Source: the human T2T-CHM13v2.0 reference genome, Homo sapiens. From it: DNA of 64,000 nt. Positions 1 through 38,296 of the stretch are shown here, piece after piece (position 1 is the stretch's first letter; each line of letters starts with the position of its first letter). The notes under the pieces are model-generated. The model was not told the origin of the DNA. It ran no database searches and worked only from the letters and a program-made list of their open reading frames with translations. The stretch is from assembly GCF_009914755.1 (NCBI RefSeq), contig NC_060935.1; one strand, given 5' to 3'. The position numbers were made by a program, and so were the translations under genes.

Positions 1-800
1 CCTCTCCTTTGTCAGTATCTTCCAACCCTTCATCATCATCATCTTCTTCTTTTTCTTTATCATCCGTATCAGGAACCAAGTAGAGCTGTAATGAGTTTGG
101 CCAAATATCATCTTTGATGACCTCTCCTAACTCTCCAGCACCCGCATCAGAATGATCAGTGAACCAGGTAAAAAAGCTCTCCAATTCCTCACTCTGGCTG
201 TATTCTGTGTCTGACTTGAATGCTTTATCAAATCCCCTCCAGATTTCCATTTGATTGCAGTGGACTTTGAAGATGGATCACCACTCTCATTCAGGTGAAA
301 TTCTTTGGAGAACTTTATTTTCATAGTAAGAATTTTCATCAAAACAAACATCTATTCTGTAATCTAATAAATATCTTCATATTCTGTCAATTCAACTCTG
401 GTCAAATAATGCAGTGCCTCTTTATCCTCCTCCCTAAGCAGTGTAAACACTTGTGGATGGTTGACAAATATTGTTACCCCAAAATTTGGGATTTTGGCAA
501 TCAACTCTGATCTCTTTGGAAAAAATGGTTGGCGGAGTTTGCCATATTTCTTTTTCTAGCTTCAAAATCTCCTCACTGGCTTGTTCATTAAGTCTATTTC
601 ATTTTGTACTTTATCAATAAGTTCAGTTGCTTCCGCTGGTTTTTTTCTGTCTTCTTCTGCAAGCCCAGAGAGATGGATGTCTTCTCTGGTCTCAGAGCAC
701 AAGGCAGACTTGGTTTCTTCTTTTGAGGCAGTAGTAGAGACTGGCATTTCAGGGCCGTGCTGCTAGAAAAGTCCAACAACCAGACCACGAGTCTCATTGC
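1..800 (-). pseudogene. SET: Processed pseudogene of SET (TAF-I alpha isoform); continues past the left edge (probably SETP16)
   Basis: Minus-strand fragments match SET: TALKCQSLLLPQKKKPSLPCALRPEKTS (TAF-I alpha [28 protein letters not shown]), [35 protein letters not shown], then DDIWPN and an acidic tail. No introns, several frameshifts, and the start codon reads ACG (758-756). Confidence 0.93.
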
Positions 801-1169
801 TCAACAGAATGAAGCTCAGAAAACCACCCACAGATTTTTTTAAAGTGGTATGGATAGAATGAAAGTGAAAGGAGTCCTTCCAGAACCCTTAATAAAATCA
901 AGCCTATTTCCAAGAAGATAAATTCTAAAAGGTAGGGACCTCATCTGTGTATTCACGACAGTACCCTCAGCTCCTAACAGGCCCCAAATATTTGTTTAAG
1001 GTTGAGTGTTGACTCCTCCAGGGTTGACCACGGAGAGAGATCCCTGGTGCACAGTAGAAAGTGGGGAAGTAAGGGTACAAGGTGAATCGTGGGCAAAAAA
1101 GTCTTGGTGAAAGTTTGGGTTTTGGGAGGTTTTCATTGTTATTGTTACAAATTTTGGTTTTGAATTTGG

Positions 1170-1590
1170 TTAAATGTTTTTTATGCATCTGAGATAATCA
1201 TATGGTTTTTCTCCTTTATTCTATTAACATGGCGAATTACGTTAATTGATTTTCAAATGTTAAACCCAGCTTGCATTCCTAGAATAAACTCACTTTGGAA
1301 GGCTGTGTTATCCTTTTTACATATTGCTGAGTTCAATTTGCTAATATTTTGTTAACAATTAACTCACCAGGGCCTAAGATTTTAAATTTCAAATCCAGTT
1401 TATTTAATTGATATAGGACTACTCAGATATTTTATTTCTTCTTGAGTCAGTGTGGTCATTTGTGTCCTTCCAGGAATTTATTCATTTCATTTATGTTGTT
1501 AAATTTATATTGATAAAAAGTTGTTCATAATGTTCTATTATCTTTTCAATGTCTGTAGAAACAATAACGAAGTGCCCTCTTTTACTTGGA
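1170..1590 (-). mobile_element. Old L1 ORF2 fragment
   Basis: Typical antisense L1 sequence (gataatcatatggtttttctcctttattcta...caatttgctaatattttgtt). Confidence 0.75.
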
Positions 1591-1631
1591 CCAAAAACTA
1601 AATCTTGGGATAAGAGTCAAAACTTGGGGCT

Positions 1632-2202
1632 GCCAGGCACGGTGGCTGACACCTATAAGCTCAGTACCTTGGGAGGCTGAGGCAGGAGAATTGCTTGAGT
1701 CCAGGAGTTTGACACCATCCTGGGCAACATAGTGAGACCCCATCTCTTTAAAAAGTAAAAAGTTAGCCAGGCATGGTGTTGCAATCCTGTCATCCCAGCT
1801 ACTCAGGAGGCTGAAGTAGGAAGATCATTTGGGCCCAGGAGTTCCAGGCTGCAGTGAGCCCTGATCCTGCCACTACACTCCAGCCTGGGTGACAAAGCAA
1901 GACTCTGTCTCTAAAAATAAACACATTAAATATAAACTACAGGGCCTAGCGTGGTGGCTCACGCCTGTAATTCCAGCACTTTGGGAGGCCGAGGCAGGCG
2001 GATCACTAGGTCAGGAGATTGAGACCATCCTGGCTAACACGGTGAAACCCTGTCTCTACTAAAAATACAAAAACTAGCTGGGCATGGTGGCAAGGGCCTT
2101 TAGTCCCAGCTACTCGGGAGGCTGAGGCAGCTGAATGGCGTGAACCCAGGAGGCGGAGCTTGCAGTGAGCCAAGATCTTGCCGCTGCACGCCAGCCTGGA
2201 GA
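1632..2202 (+). mobile_element. Two Alus: AluJ-like 1632-1915 and a 3'-truncated Alu 1943-2202
   Basis: Alu consensus. The second copy stops just after CCAGCCTGG and has no A tail. Confidence 0.9.
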
Positions 2203-2297
2203 TGGTCCAAGTGCAGTGGTGTTACAACTAATTTATCACAACCAGTCACAGATTTATTTATTCCTTCTCCACTCCCTACTGCTTCACTTGACTAGCC
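2201..2297 (+). pseudogene. RNY3: Y3 RNA (RNY3) retropseudogene; A/AAC tail extends to ~2322
   Basis: tggtccaagtgcagtggtgttacaactaatttatcacaaccagtcacagattt...ccttctccactccctactgcttcacttgactagcc matches hY3 over nearly its full length. Confidence 0.93.
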
Positions 2298-2462
2298 AAA
2301 CAACAACAACAACAACAAAAAACCATGGAATTCTAGGCAAATCAGTTCCACACATAGCAATTGGCTGCTACGCCTGTTAATTCTCCTGAGCTGCTTTTTC
2401 CCTCCGTTGCCAGCCTTAGAGGATCAGTTTTTTATTTAACGTTGTTAAGAAGAAAGGGGCTA

Positions 2463-3420
<958 letters not shown>

Positions 3421-3437
3421 AAGAATGAGAGAGGTAG

Positions 3438-3781
<344 letters not shown>

Positions 3782-4236
3782 AATGTTGATCTTAAGTGAA
3801 ATTCTAGAATGGAATTTGTGGGCAACACAAAAAAAATTTGGTGGTTCTGAGAGCTGTCACATATTCACTAAGAGCAATTTTGCTGAACTTTATTTCCTTC
3901 TTGTCAAAGTATCTGTCTCCCTTGCACAGTCAGATTGTTTACACTAGTAGTTACCGAGGGCCAATTTCGTACCCAGCATTGTGCTAAGAGTGTAGATAGA
4001 TACAATAGGGGTGAACCAAAAGGACATCCCCCCTTCCCTTACAATGTAGTGAGGGACAATTGTTAAACCAATAAGCACGTGAATAAATATACCACTATAA
4101 ACTGTGAGAAGGGGTATGAAGGATGGTAGAATGGTGGGAGAGTTTCACAGGAAGATCTGATTTAGATTTGGCAGCAGGCAGAAGGTTGGTCTAAGGAAAG
4201 CCTTTAAGAGGAACTCCTATTTAAAGATAAGTAAGA

Positions 4237-7663
<3,427 letters not shown>

Positions 7664-9179
7664 AGAAACTAAGAGGGAAATGAGATTGGATAGTTGGGGT
7701 GGGTGAGGACTCTCAGAAAGGAGGGAGGGCTTCCCAGCAGAAGAGGCGTGTTTTCGTGCGTAAGAAGTGGCTGGGGAAAGCGAAAGCAGTGGGGGCACCC
7801 ATGATGAGACTGGCTGGCTCTAGAAACATTAGTGGGATTTCACCCACACTTGCTTGGGTAACTTTCTGTTGTCATTGGGAAGCCAGTGGGACTTTCTCGT
7901 CCAAGATGAACCAGGGCCCATACACTTGCCACTTTCACTTGTTCCTAGAGGCTGTGTCATGTCTTGGCTGCCTCAGGGTGCAGGGACTATGCTTATATAG
8001 TAGGAAGGTAACGGCATACACAAATTAGGTGATTACAGGTCTCACACTTGTCAGTTGGCTCCATTCAATTTCATACTTGGTTCTTTCTCTTCCATGATCT
8101 CTATTTTGTTTCTTGAACAGACCAGGACTCTGTAAGCTGAAACGTTTGGTAAATTCCCTTCCTTGCCAGTTTACACTGACTTTGTACCCACAGTTCAAGG
8201 CTAAATCCCTTTTTGTCTGGGCTAGTGGTTGCCAAATCCCTTTTTGTCTGGGTTAGCCATTTCATGTAGAGACTGCTTCTCTACCTATACGCTTATTCAA
8301 ATGCAGTAGTGAAACAAAATCAATGCACAGCCATACAATTACTACATAGCCTGTGTAAAGAATGATGCAGATCTATTTATATACAAATATGGTAAGCTCC
8401 ATAATATATTATTAGATTTTTAAAAAGTAAGTCTCCAGACAACATTTATAGTAGTGTTTTGCGTGTGTGTGTTTATAATTGCATAGATATAGTTCTGGAA
8501 GGATACATGGTAAACTCAACTCTAACAAGTGTGTATATGACAGGAATGAAATAACTCTACTTTTTAGTTTGTTTTAAAAGTATTTTAATTTGCAAGCATC
8601 ACTTCTATAATGTGAAACAAAAATTAAAAACCTCAAACCGTTGCTCTTCTTGGAGTCACTTGAAGTGGTAGCCCTGAAGAAAATTCCTAAATTAGACTTT
8701 CTTCTGTTCTTGACTGAACGAGGATGAATGAGTCACCCAATCCTGTGCCAGGTACAGGAATAAATGCTGGACAGTTACAGATGAAAGAGAGCATGTTGCC
8801 CTTTAAGGACTTCAAAGTTTACAGAGAGACCAGAAAACAAGAAATTAAAGTACAGTATGATATATGCCACAGAGCTATACCTTGGAAAGAAAAAGGATGG
8901 ACAGCACAGACTTTAAAGCAGTAACAGGAGGTGGGTAGGAAAGCCTTCCAGAGAAGGTAAGAATCGAGAGGAGTCTTTTATTTTCCCTGTTACTTTATTA
9001 TTAAAAAATGTCAAACATAACTGAAAGGTTGAAACATCTGCAGATCCACCACCTAGATTCAACGATTGAACATTTTGTTGTATTCACTAGATATGTAATA
9101 CAAATAAACAAATGCAAAGCCATTTGAAGTTTCACCCCTAAATATTTAAACCCCAACTCCTAAGAATGACATTATCTTA

Positions 9180-9734
<555 letters not shown>

Positions 9735-10645
9735 CAAGTATTATTCTCTAAATGTCATTGTGGTTAGATGTGGTGACAGAAGTGTTAGTGAGCTCTAGCT
9801 TGTCCTTGCTTTGCTCTGATCAGTGTCCAGAAATGCTTTCCAATTCCTGACCCTGTTGACCACCAGTGACCACCAGACACTTGGTGATGGATCCACAGAG
9901 GTGGCGGCTGCCCAGATGGCTCTCCAGGAGCCTTCTCATCACAGCCCCATGTCAGTGGCCAGATGCACTTCCCTCCCCACATTGGTGACTCCTCTTTTGA
10001 TTCTCTGACTAACCTCTTGGTCTTTCCTTTCCCCAGCTTCTTCTACAATTGTGTAAAGCATAGTTCCCATAATAAATTCCTTATCTCATCATTCATGAAG
10101 GTTCTACCTCCCTGACTGATACACTTACTGGTACTGGCCGTGGTTTCAGGGGACAGATCATTAAGGATAGGAATTGGAAACTGGTTCTCTGACCTGATTA
10201 AACTTAAGTGCATTCATGATTGTTGCCAGCAGTAAACTTAAATTCTTAAACTCTACCTGTAATCACTTGTGATACATGCTTATAGACGGCAAAGCTTTGG
10301 GTAGCCAAATATTTGCTGCTGTAGAACATTTTAGTAGAAATAGGAATGTAATGAGGAATGTTGGTTGCTTCTACATATGGGGAAAGTTTGGAGAAAGAAA
10401 ATGATGAGCTAAAGGCTTTAAATTTCCATCTCAAGTTCTGGAAAATGGACCAAAAAACTTGAAGACTGCCTTTAAAAAAAACTCTCATCTCTGATAGCCT
10501 CAAGGTCAAGATTTCTGATCACCAAACACTAAGTGTCCACTTGCAGCAGACTGAATTTCAACGCAAAGTGAATTCATAACCTACCAGGGTGTCTTATGTT
10601 CAAAATAAGACATTGATTGGAAAGGAGTAAGACCCTGAGTCTTAG

Positions 10646-11582
<937 letters not shown>

Positions 11583-12554
11583 CCTTAAACCCTAAATTCA
11601 GCTAACCCTCCTTAGCCAAAAAAAAGTGACCTTCTTCTCTATCTGCAGTTAATCTTCCCTTACCTAAAGAACCTGGGATGACCTCCCCAGAGCTAGTGGC
11701 CTTTCAGGGGACTGTGATCCTCCTAGGAACCTAACCCTTCCACCTCTTTTAGATCTGTAAGCTCAGAGATTCAAGTCATAGCAGGCCCCAGGGTGACTCA
11801 TGAGGAAATACCATACAAACCAAAAGAATATTGAGAGTTTGTCAATGTATACATTGCTTCATGTTTTTTTTTTGACATAGTTTCATATTTACAGCAAAGT
11901 TATAAGAATAGTACAAACAATTCCTTTTATATTTTACCAAGATCCTCAAATGCTGATTTATACTGACTGAAACTCAGGGAATAGGTAGGGGAATAGATCT
12001 TGAAAGAGTGGGATCAGGATGGAAGAAATATAATTTTGGATTTGGATAAATTTATTTATGTATTTATTTATTATTTTTTGAGAGAGAGTTTCTCTCTGTT
12101 GCCCAGGCTGGAGTGCAGTGGCACAATCTTGGCTCACTGTAACCTCTGCTTCCTGGGTTCAAGTGATTTTCCTGCCTCAGCCTCCTGAGTAGATGGGATT
12201 ACAGGCGCCTGCCACCATGCCCGGCTAAATTTTGTATTTTTAATAGAGATGGGGTTTCACCATGTTGGCCAGGCTGCTCTCAAACTCCTGACCTCAGGTG
12301 ATCCACTCGCCTTGGCCTCCCAAAGTGCTGGGATTACAGGGTGAGCCACCACGCCTGGCCTGGATGAATTTATTAATAAGAATGCAAACCCTAAAAAGCC
12401 TTTATCAGCCAGGTGCAGTGGCTCACACTTGTGATCCCAACACTTTGGGAGGCTGAAGCAAGAGGATTGCTTGAGGCCAGGAGTTCGAGACCAGCCTGAG
12501 CAACATAGCAAGATCCCATCTCTACGAGAAAACAAAATAAAATAAAATAAACCT

Positions 12555-13025
12555 TTCTGGCTGGGGAGAGACTGCCCCTCCCTGGGCTAGCCAGTTCTTA
12601 GAGATAGCAAAGAGCTCAGCCAGAAGCATGTCTTTGATATGCAAATGAACCAGCCCCAGAGCCACACCCCCTCTATCTGTCCTACACACCCCCAGAGGCA
12701 AAATTCCTCCGCCCAGGGCCAGGTCCCAGTCAATTAGGGACCAACCTATACCCCAAAGCCACTGAAATTATTCAAACTAGTCAATACTAAAGGTTCAACC
12801 CCACCCTACCTTGCCTTTCCTTCAAAACCCCCCACCCCAAAGAGCAGTAGCCTAAACCTTCCCCACACTTCTGTCTTCTGCCCTTTGACCACCCTGTGTC
12901 TTTTCCTTGGGGCCCTGCATGCTTCCTGTCCCTAGGATCCAAGAGTACAATAAACTCTGTTTTCCTGAGCCTCTCCTGTCTCTTGTGGCCATAGCTTTTA
13001 TGAGACTGGCCATCTCATTAAAGAA
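12555..13025 (+). mobile_element. ERVL-type solo LTR (MER73/MER74-like)
   Basis: ggggagagactgcccctccctgggctagccagttcttagagatagc with AATAAA near the 3' end; subfamily uncertain. Confidence 0.55.
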
Positions 13026-13408
13026 TGCAAAGCAGCCAGGCACACACCTGGAATCCCAGCACTTTGGGAGGCCAAAGCAGGAGGAACACTTGAGGCCAGG
13101 AGTTTAATACCAGCAACATAGTGACACCCTCATCTCTATAAGAATATATTGTGGCGCACACCTGTAGTCCCAGCTACTCAGGAGGCTGAGGTAGAAGGAT
13201 CGCCTGAGCCCAGGAGGTCAAGGCTGCAGTGAGAGTTAGGTTCATGCCATTCATTGCACTTCAGCCTGAGCAACAGAGAAAAATCCTGTCTCTAAAAAAA
13301 AAATAAAAATAAATAAATGTAAAAAAAAAATTTAAAGAAGCAAAATGTGTACTAAGCAGAGATTCTGAATTTAAGGTATCTGTTCAAGTTGTTTGGGAAT
13401 GGCTTTAG

Positions 13409-13648
<240 letters not shown>

Positions 13649-14075
13649 TGATCCATCCCCCTCGGCCTCCCAAAGTGCTGGGATTACAGGCGTCAGCCAC
13701 CGCACCCGGCTGACTTCTGACAATAAAGAGTAAGAGCCCTTCAATCAATTCTTAGATTAGAGACAGTCCCCAAACCCAGTCCCCTTGAATGAAGGAAAGA
13801 TCCTTTGAGGAAGGATTTACTACACTGTCAAAAAGTTACACGGTAAATCTTCTTAGCATTTCCTCAAAGAGACCTGAAGCCATAACGCAGGGTGACTGTG
13901 CTTTGAGAAGGAGAAATGACCAGATACTTAGGAGTTAGTAAACCTCGGCTCTGAACTGGTGCTAATCCCCGGAGAACCAAAATGGCACTGTGTCCCATTG
14001 TCAGAGCAGAGGCTCATGGAAGTTAGATGATCTATGAAGTTTTGGCTTGGCTCCATCTCACAGCAAGCCCAGTAG

Positions 14076-14396
<321 letters not shown>

Positions 14397-14430
14397 TAGC
14401 CAGGGTGGTCTCGATCTCCTGACCTCGTGA

Positions 14431-14520
<90 letters not shown>

Positions 14521-15367
14521 TGACCCATGGCACGAAGGCTATCATGATAAAAAAGGCCAAGTGGAATCCACTAGAACTGTGTCTACATACTAAAATAGTA
14601 AACCAAAAACAGTATCACATTTCTGGAAGGCTTGATGAGATTAGTGCCACTAACAAGGTCTTGAAAGACACAGAGGTGGTAATTCCTACCATATCCCTGC
14701 TCAAATCACCTGTTTGCCTGTCAGCAGACTGAAGGACACAGGAGAATGAAAGTGGGTTATCCACAGCCTTGTAACTCCAATTGCAGCTGCTGTTCCAGGT
14801 ATAATTTCATCGCTAAAGCAAATCAACACATCCCATGGCACTTGGTCGCTTTTTCTGTTGTGTTTTGTTTTTTGAGATAGCACCTTTCTGTGTCACCAGG
14901 ACTGGAGTGCATTAGCACAATAGTTCACTGCAGTCTCCACCTCCTGAGTTCAAGTGATCTTCCCACCTCAGTCTCCCAAGCAGCTGTGACTCCAGGCACA
15001 CAGTACAAGTTGTTGCTGCTTCTCGGCAGGATGCCTCAGTTCCTCACCACATGTTCCTCTCCTCAGACCAGATTATGACAGAGGTTAGAGAGTGCATGGA
15101 GCCCTGAGGTAGCGACATGAAGGTGTACTGCAGCCCTGCCAACTAAAAGAAAACTGCATCTGGTGGTCTTTTCTAAAAGGTATAGAGTAGAAAGCATTTC
15201 ATAGATCAATTGCAAACCAAGTACCACGGTTGGCCAGGTACAGTGGCTCATGCCTGTAATCCAGCCTTTTGGGAAGCCAAGGCAGGAGGATCTCTTGAGC
15301 TCAGGAGTTCAAGACCAGCCTGAGCAACATGGCAAGACCCTGTCTGTACAAAATATTTTTTTTTTGA

Positions 15368-15574
<207 letters not shown>

Positions 15575-15893
15575 TGACCTCATGATCCGCCCACCTCAGC
15601 CTCCCAAAGTGCTGGGATTACAGGCGTGAGCCACTGCGCCTGGCCAAAAATAATTTTTTTTTTAATTAGCCAGGTGTGATGTTGCATGACTATAGTCCCA
15701 GCTGCTTGGGAGGCTGAAATGGGAGAATCACTTGAGCCCAGGAGTTCAAGGTTTTGGTGAGCTGTGATTGAGCCACTGCACTCCAGCCCATCTCAAAAAA
15801 AAAAAAAAAAAAAAAAAAAAGCTTTCACTTAAATATTTTTAGGAAATAAAAAAATGAGCTAGGCATGGTGGTGGGCGCCTATAGTCCCAGCTA

Positions 15894-16428
<535 letters not shown>

Positions 16429-16595
16429 TTTTATGAAACACAACTACATTTCAAAAGGAAAAAGAAGTTGGTGAGAAAAGAGCAGCTTTGTTTTACATTT
16501 TTACAAATCTTATTCATCTCTGGCTTCACAGAAGACAGCTGGATTCTCATAACTGGTGCTGCATGTAGTCTAGTGTGATATCAGTCATTCTGTAG

Positions 16596-17918
<1,323 letters not shown>

Positions 17919-18084
17919 GAAAATAGTTTAGATTTCACAGACCCGCTGAAAGGGTCTCTGGGACCTCTGATATTCCCAGACCACACTTTGGGGACCCCTG
18001 TTGTAGCATTATGCCAGAGGACTCTGCTTGGTCCTGTTCAGCATTCTCACTACCTGCTAGGACAAAATAATCAATGTTTACCAC

Positions 18085-18350
18085 TTTGGCAGATGATGCA
18101 AACTGGGAAGGGAATTATTACAAAAGATGACAGAATTAAAACTTTTAATTATTTCAGCTGACCAGAATCAAACAGAATTAAATTGTATGTGGGATATCTT
18201 GCATTTACGTTTTGCTTTATTTTAAATTAGTTGCACGTGTACTAGAAGCATGGGATGGAAGGAACTGGCCAGATAGCAGTTTGTATGAAAAAGATCTGGT
18301 GGTTTAGGCCAACCACAAGCTAAATATGAACCAACAGCTTGTAACATAAT
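18085..18350 (+). mobile_element. L3/CR1 LINE fragment
   Basis: ttggcagatgatgcaaactggga (ADD.KLG-like RT motif) and aaaagatctgg...ccacaagctaaatatgaaccaacag. Confidence 0.6.
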
Positions 18351-18857
18351 GTCAAGAAGTGTAACCATTGAACTGGGACAGACGGGCTGAGGGTTACTTG
18401 GAGGAGGGGTGGGTAGAGGAGGGAGTAGTTACATTTTCTTTGCTCCAGCCATTCTCACATTTGCTCTGACTCTCTGAACACTGCTTGCCCCCAGCAGTTT
18501 GCTCTGTCAAGAGGCCTCTGTCCAGGGGTCTGCTTGCTTCTGTAAAACACTAGAGCTCAATCTCAGCATCACTTGCAGTCTTCTTCAACATCACCCTTTG
18601 GAACTTGGCATGGCCACCTGGGACTCAACTCTTCCTGGCCTGGCCCACAGGAAGAACGGGTCATGGCTTCTTCCTGCTTGTCGCCAAGACGGTGTCTTTG
18701 TGCCTTGTGAAATGATTCCATCCCTTCCCTCTTGGGTCAAGAGAGAAGTTCCTCCCAAGATCAGCAAGGATGGCCCCGACTGGCACACACTTCAAGAAGG
18801 TGATGATTTCTCCTATTCTGCTCCGGTCTAAGTCAGTCAAGAATGGCATTCTAATCT

Positions 18858-20155
<1,298 letters not shown>

Positions 20156-20199
20156 GTCTGGGAAAATTACTCACTCCATTAATGACCTGAAAAAATTCC

Positions 20200-26000
<5,801 letters not shown>

Positions 26001-26299
26001 TTATTCTCTCAAATTAACTTCAAAAATCAATTTGACCTACACACACCCCACAATATGTACCAATATGTACCATCATGATATATCAATTTTGAAAAATATA
26101 GAGAAAAAGAAAAATGACAGTAGAAAAAAAAATCACTTTGATCCATTTCATGCGAGTGAGAATTGTCATCTTCCCCCCACTGAGTATTCCCATCCAGAAA
26201 CACGCTATGTGCTGTCTCTCGGGGAAGTGGTATGGATTTCCTCTTATAGGTTTCACACACATTTCTTGCCACAGATTTTCTGAGCTCATAGTTTTTTAG

Positions 26300-27550
<1,251 letters not shown>

Positions 27551-27827
27551 TCCTGACCCAATCCTCTTGTTTTGCTGAAGGAGAAACTAAACTGGCAAGG
27601 AAAGCAAGTTGCTGTTGGCTACAGAGAACCATTCCACAGAACACCCTTAAGACCTGTGCTTTCAGAAGTCAGGAATCATGTCCAGTCATGGAATTCTTGC
27701 CCAGGAGAGGAGGAAGAAGCAGGGGAGCAGGAACTGACACTGACTTAGCACCTCGATCTGGTATCCCATTTCTCCAATAACAGTGACAAGCCAGAAAATT
27801 TGTCTTGTGTGTAGGTAGGAAAGGTAG

Positions 27828-31870
<4,043 letters not shown>

Positions 31871-32189
31871 AATCTAACTAATGTATTATTTAATTTACTT
31901 ATTTATTTTGTTTATTGTCTGTCTTTCCCCACTAGAAAGTAAGCTCCATGAAGACTTGAAGATAGGAATCCTTTCTGTTTTTTTCACTGCTATGTCCTCA
32001 GAGCCTAGACCACAACCTGGCACATAGTAGGTTCTTCATAATAATTGTTCATTAAATATAATAAATACATGTTAACTCTAATTATTATCTTGACATTTTG
32101 GAAACAGTAAGAGGCAGAAATTTTAAACATTGACATTTCGTGCTGAAAACCTCCAAACAATATTTTTAAGAACATGCTAAATGAAAATG

Positions 32190-35958
<3,769 letters not shown>

Positions 35959-36029
35959 TGGTTACAGATTACACCTTGTTTTCTTTAAAGCCTTTAAAGA
36001 AAGTGTAATCTGTAACTATTAATAAAAGC

Positions 36030-37100
36030 TTCCCAAACAACGAAACTGTTTACTTTCCCGCGCAGGCTCAGGTTGCCTCCAGCTAAACACAAATGTGGGG
36101 GCTGGAGAAAGGCCTGGAGAGCTCCCAGCGCCCTCTGAGACATGGCTCCAGGTCACACAGCCCAAAGCCTTGGCCTGTTTTGTACGTGGACGGGGCAAAG
36201 AGAACACCCTCGCCGCTTCTCTCTGCCTTTAGCAGGGCTGTAGGAAACCCCCACCAGAGACCTCCAGCTTGGAGAGGAAAGAGTGGAACAGCCCTCTGGA
36301 AGCAAGTTACCCACAGGTTTAGTTTGCCTGGAGAGAAACAGGCTGGAGAGAGACTGCGGCCTCCCTAGGGTCTTCTGACGGCAAATTCCTCCAGCTCAGT
36401 GGCTGCTGGGTAGCAGCACAGCCGGTTTCTCTCAAGGGCACACCCCACACACCGCGTCACTGTGCACTAGCCTCAGATGACAGACAAGCCTTTCACAAGA
36501 CTTTTGTGGCACTGTTCATTTCTGAGACCTTCTCTATGATGAGCTCAAACTGCTTACCTCAGAGAAGAAACTGCGTGCACAGAAAGCTGCTGAGGCCAGC
36601 TTGGGGCCCCTTCTTTCCTGTCCCTGGGCACTTCCCCGGCTGCTCTCTTTCCCCACTGCCCAGCCCAAGGAGTCCCCTCTGCAGCTGACCCGGGTTCAGC
36701 CTCCAGAACAGCGAGTTCCACAGCCCTGAAGCCTGGCCATCGTCCCTTTTCTGGACACTGGACTGGTTCATAGGGCTCAGTGCCCTGCGGCTTTCTCCTC
36801 CCCACCACAGGCCTGGGAGGGGCAAGAAGCACCAGTTTGTTTTCTGGGTCAGCCTGCAGCAAAGAGCGACTGCCCTCACCGACAAGCTGAGCCTCTCTCC
36901 CAGCAGCACCCCCACAGTAGCCAGCAGGGGACCCTGGAGGATCGTGGAGCTGGATCACCACCCAGAAGACATGAATTCCTCTTGTCCAGAGGCAGAACAA
37001 CAGCAACAGCAGCCACTTATGCTCCTGTAGTTTCCAGAGCACCTTGCTTAATCGGAAGTAGGATGTTACACTCCAGAGACTACTGATTTACATATCACAC
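36030..37100. promoter_or_regulatory. Repeat-free candidate enhancer island
   Basis: Unique GC-rich sequence with FOX (TGTTTAC), EBF-like (TCCCTAGGG, TCCCTGGG), E-box and ETS-like motifs. Function inferred only. Confidence 0.45.
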
Positions 37101-37882
37101 ATGTGCTCATCCATCCATTCACCAAACCTCTGTTGACTGCTCGCGCTGCCCTGCGTTCCTGGCACTGTGCAGGGTTATAATCTAGTAGGAAAGACCTGAC
37201 AAGGTCACAGATGTCAGTACTGAAAGGAAGAGTAGGGTAGATGGCCACCCCACCCCCACCCCAACCTCAAAAAAGAGACTAAAAAATTACTGTCACTTGT
37301 GTAATTCATCAACAAACTTTATTGAGCACCTAATAGGCACTGAGTGTTTTCGTGTATTGATCACGCATTGATCCTCACAATAACCTTTGAGATGGGTTGT
37401 GCCATTTACACAGGGCGAAGAAGAGAGACTGGCCACTGTCACACAGCTACTGATATCCAAGCTGAGATCCAAAGCTCCTCTGCTTCTCCTGATGAGAATG
37501 AGCACCACAGGCAGGCCACAGAAAAACACCCAGGAGAGCCAAACTCAGACCCACCCCAGATTTCCCACCCCACCCTCCACTGGCTCCAACCTCACTCCCT
37601 CTTCATTCATTCAGCCAGTCTGTCAAACACAGTTATTGTACTCCTGTGGGGTGCAAAGCTCTTGAGGAAAGGGGAGGAAGGAAGAATCATAAATGGCTTT
37701 GTCACCAAAGGCTCTCATAGCCTAATAGGAAAGTAGAGTACATTAATCACTAGAGTGCAAGGTAAAAAATACAGGTAAAGTGCCAGATCAGCTTGGGGTG
37801 GGGGGGCGGGGGCACGTTTACTTTGATTTAGGAGAGTCTTTGTAGAGAAAGGGGCACTGAGATGGGCCTTGAGGATATTTAG

Positions 37883-38296
<414 letters not shown>

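Noticed and set aside
14544-14732. Possible functional retroviral RT gene
   Set aside because: Short, interrupted by stops and frameshifts; an ancient ERVL relic.
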